Positions 6,873 through 7,850 of a DNA stretch of 7,850 nucleotides are shown here, piece by piece. A program made the position numbers and the translations under genes. The stretch lies in the IMG/VR virus record IMGVR_UViG_2690316241_000021; one strand, 5' to 3'. Within the stretch, counting starts at the first letter, position 1; the number at the start of each line of letters is the position of its first letter. The notes under the pieces are model-generated. The model did no database searches and was not told the origin of the DNA. It saw only the letters and a list, made by a program, of their open reading frames with translations. This stretch comes from a virus. Lineage: Duplodnaviria > Heunggongvirae > Uroviricota > Caudoviricetes.

Positions 6873-7196
6873 TCAATTAACTTTGGTGTATACTTCTCCC
6901 AAACCAAGGTTTTCGAGAGCCGTTTTCACCGTGCCATCAGATTTGATATCGCCAAACGGATTCTTGCGGCTTAACAGCAGCGCACGAAGCGCGGTAAGCA
7001 GCTGGTCATGCCGCCCCTTCTCCAGGCTGGCACCGGATGCCTCCACCACGCTGCAGAGTTCTTCCTGCAACATGTCAAAGTAGTCATCATCCAGATCGGT
7101 GGCAGGTGTGCCGGTCTGGGGGTTACCACGGGTAAAACCGTTCTTACCCGCGCCGAACTTATCCTTCTGCGCGGTTTTCGTGTCTATACGATGCAT
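6873..7196 (-). CDS. Tail-fibre N-terminal constant region (Sc analogue), ending in a repeat-encoded stub
   Basis: 107-aa ORF starting 3 nt after the stop of the upstream baseplate gene. Its 3' end runs through crossover site C and then reads only V-Y-T-K-V-N-stop from the repeat's outer end. Assigned from position and the in-frame crossover site, not from recognised homology. Confidence 0.55.
   Translation of the reverse strand: MHRIDTKTAQKDKFGAGKNGFTRGNPQTGTPATDLDDDYFDMLQEELCSVVEASGASLEKGRHDQLLTALRALLLSRKNPFGDIKSDGTVKTALENLGLGEVYTKVN
6894..6919. promoter_or_regulatory. hix/gix-like 26-bp crossover site C, inside the 3' end of the tail-fibre constant region
   Basis: TTCTCCCAAACC-AA-GGTTTTCGAGAG. 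Its first 14 nt are identical to site B and it is a near-palindrome of the hixL type. It lies 3 bp outside the repeat arm. On the minus strand it encodes ...ENLGLGE, in the same frame relative to the core as the ...NVGLGE encoded at sites A and B. Confidence 0.65.
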
Positions 7197-7199
7197 GGA

Positions 7200-7850
<651 letters not shown>

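Larger units (their letters stand above)
5746..6891. repeat. Right arm of perfect ~1146-bp inverted repeat
   Basis: Reverse complement of 2683-3828; see left arm. Confidence 0.9.

Noticed and set aside
2683-6891. The large inverted repeats as ends of an IS element or composite transposon
   Set aside because: No transposase gene is present. The repeats encode a serine invertase and bear hix/gix-like sites at their inner edges, which fits a duplicated invertase module rather than insertion-sequence ends.

Overview
The window opens with an E. coli-type smpB gene (1-483) and the tmRNA gene ssrA (698-1060) with its terminator. Everything downstream looks horizontally acquired: an AT-rich two-gene operon of unknown function (1270-2697), then the tail-fibre end of a Mu/P2/e14-like prophage tail module read on the minus strand (baseplate gpI/gp48-like gene 7200-7811; tail-fibre constant region 6873-7196). 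Between these lies a DNA-inversion system with unusual architecture. A ~1.9-kb segment carrying two alternative tail-fibre receptor-binding cassettes and two Tfa chaperone genes (3829-5745) is bracketed by perfect ~1146-bp inverted repeats (2683-3828 and 5746-6891). Each repeat holds a complete Hin/Gin-family serine invertase gene, a 70-aa ORF with a strong ribosome-binding site, and a hairpin terminator. Three 26-bp hix/gix-like crossover sites are visible (3802-3827, 5747-5772, 6894-6919). In the orientation sequenced, the tail-fibre constant region is joined to neither variable cassette. No integrase, CRISPR array or rRNA/tRNA gene was seen. All homology calls are from recall and reading by eye; no search was run.
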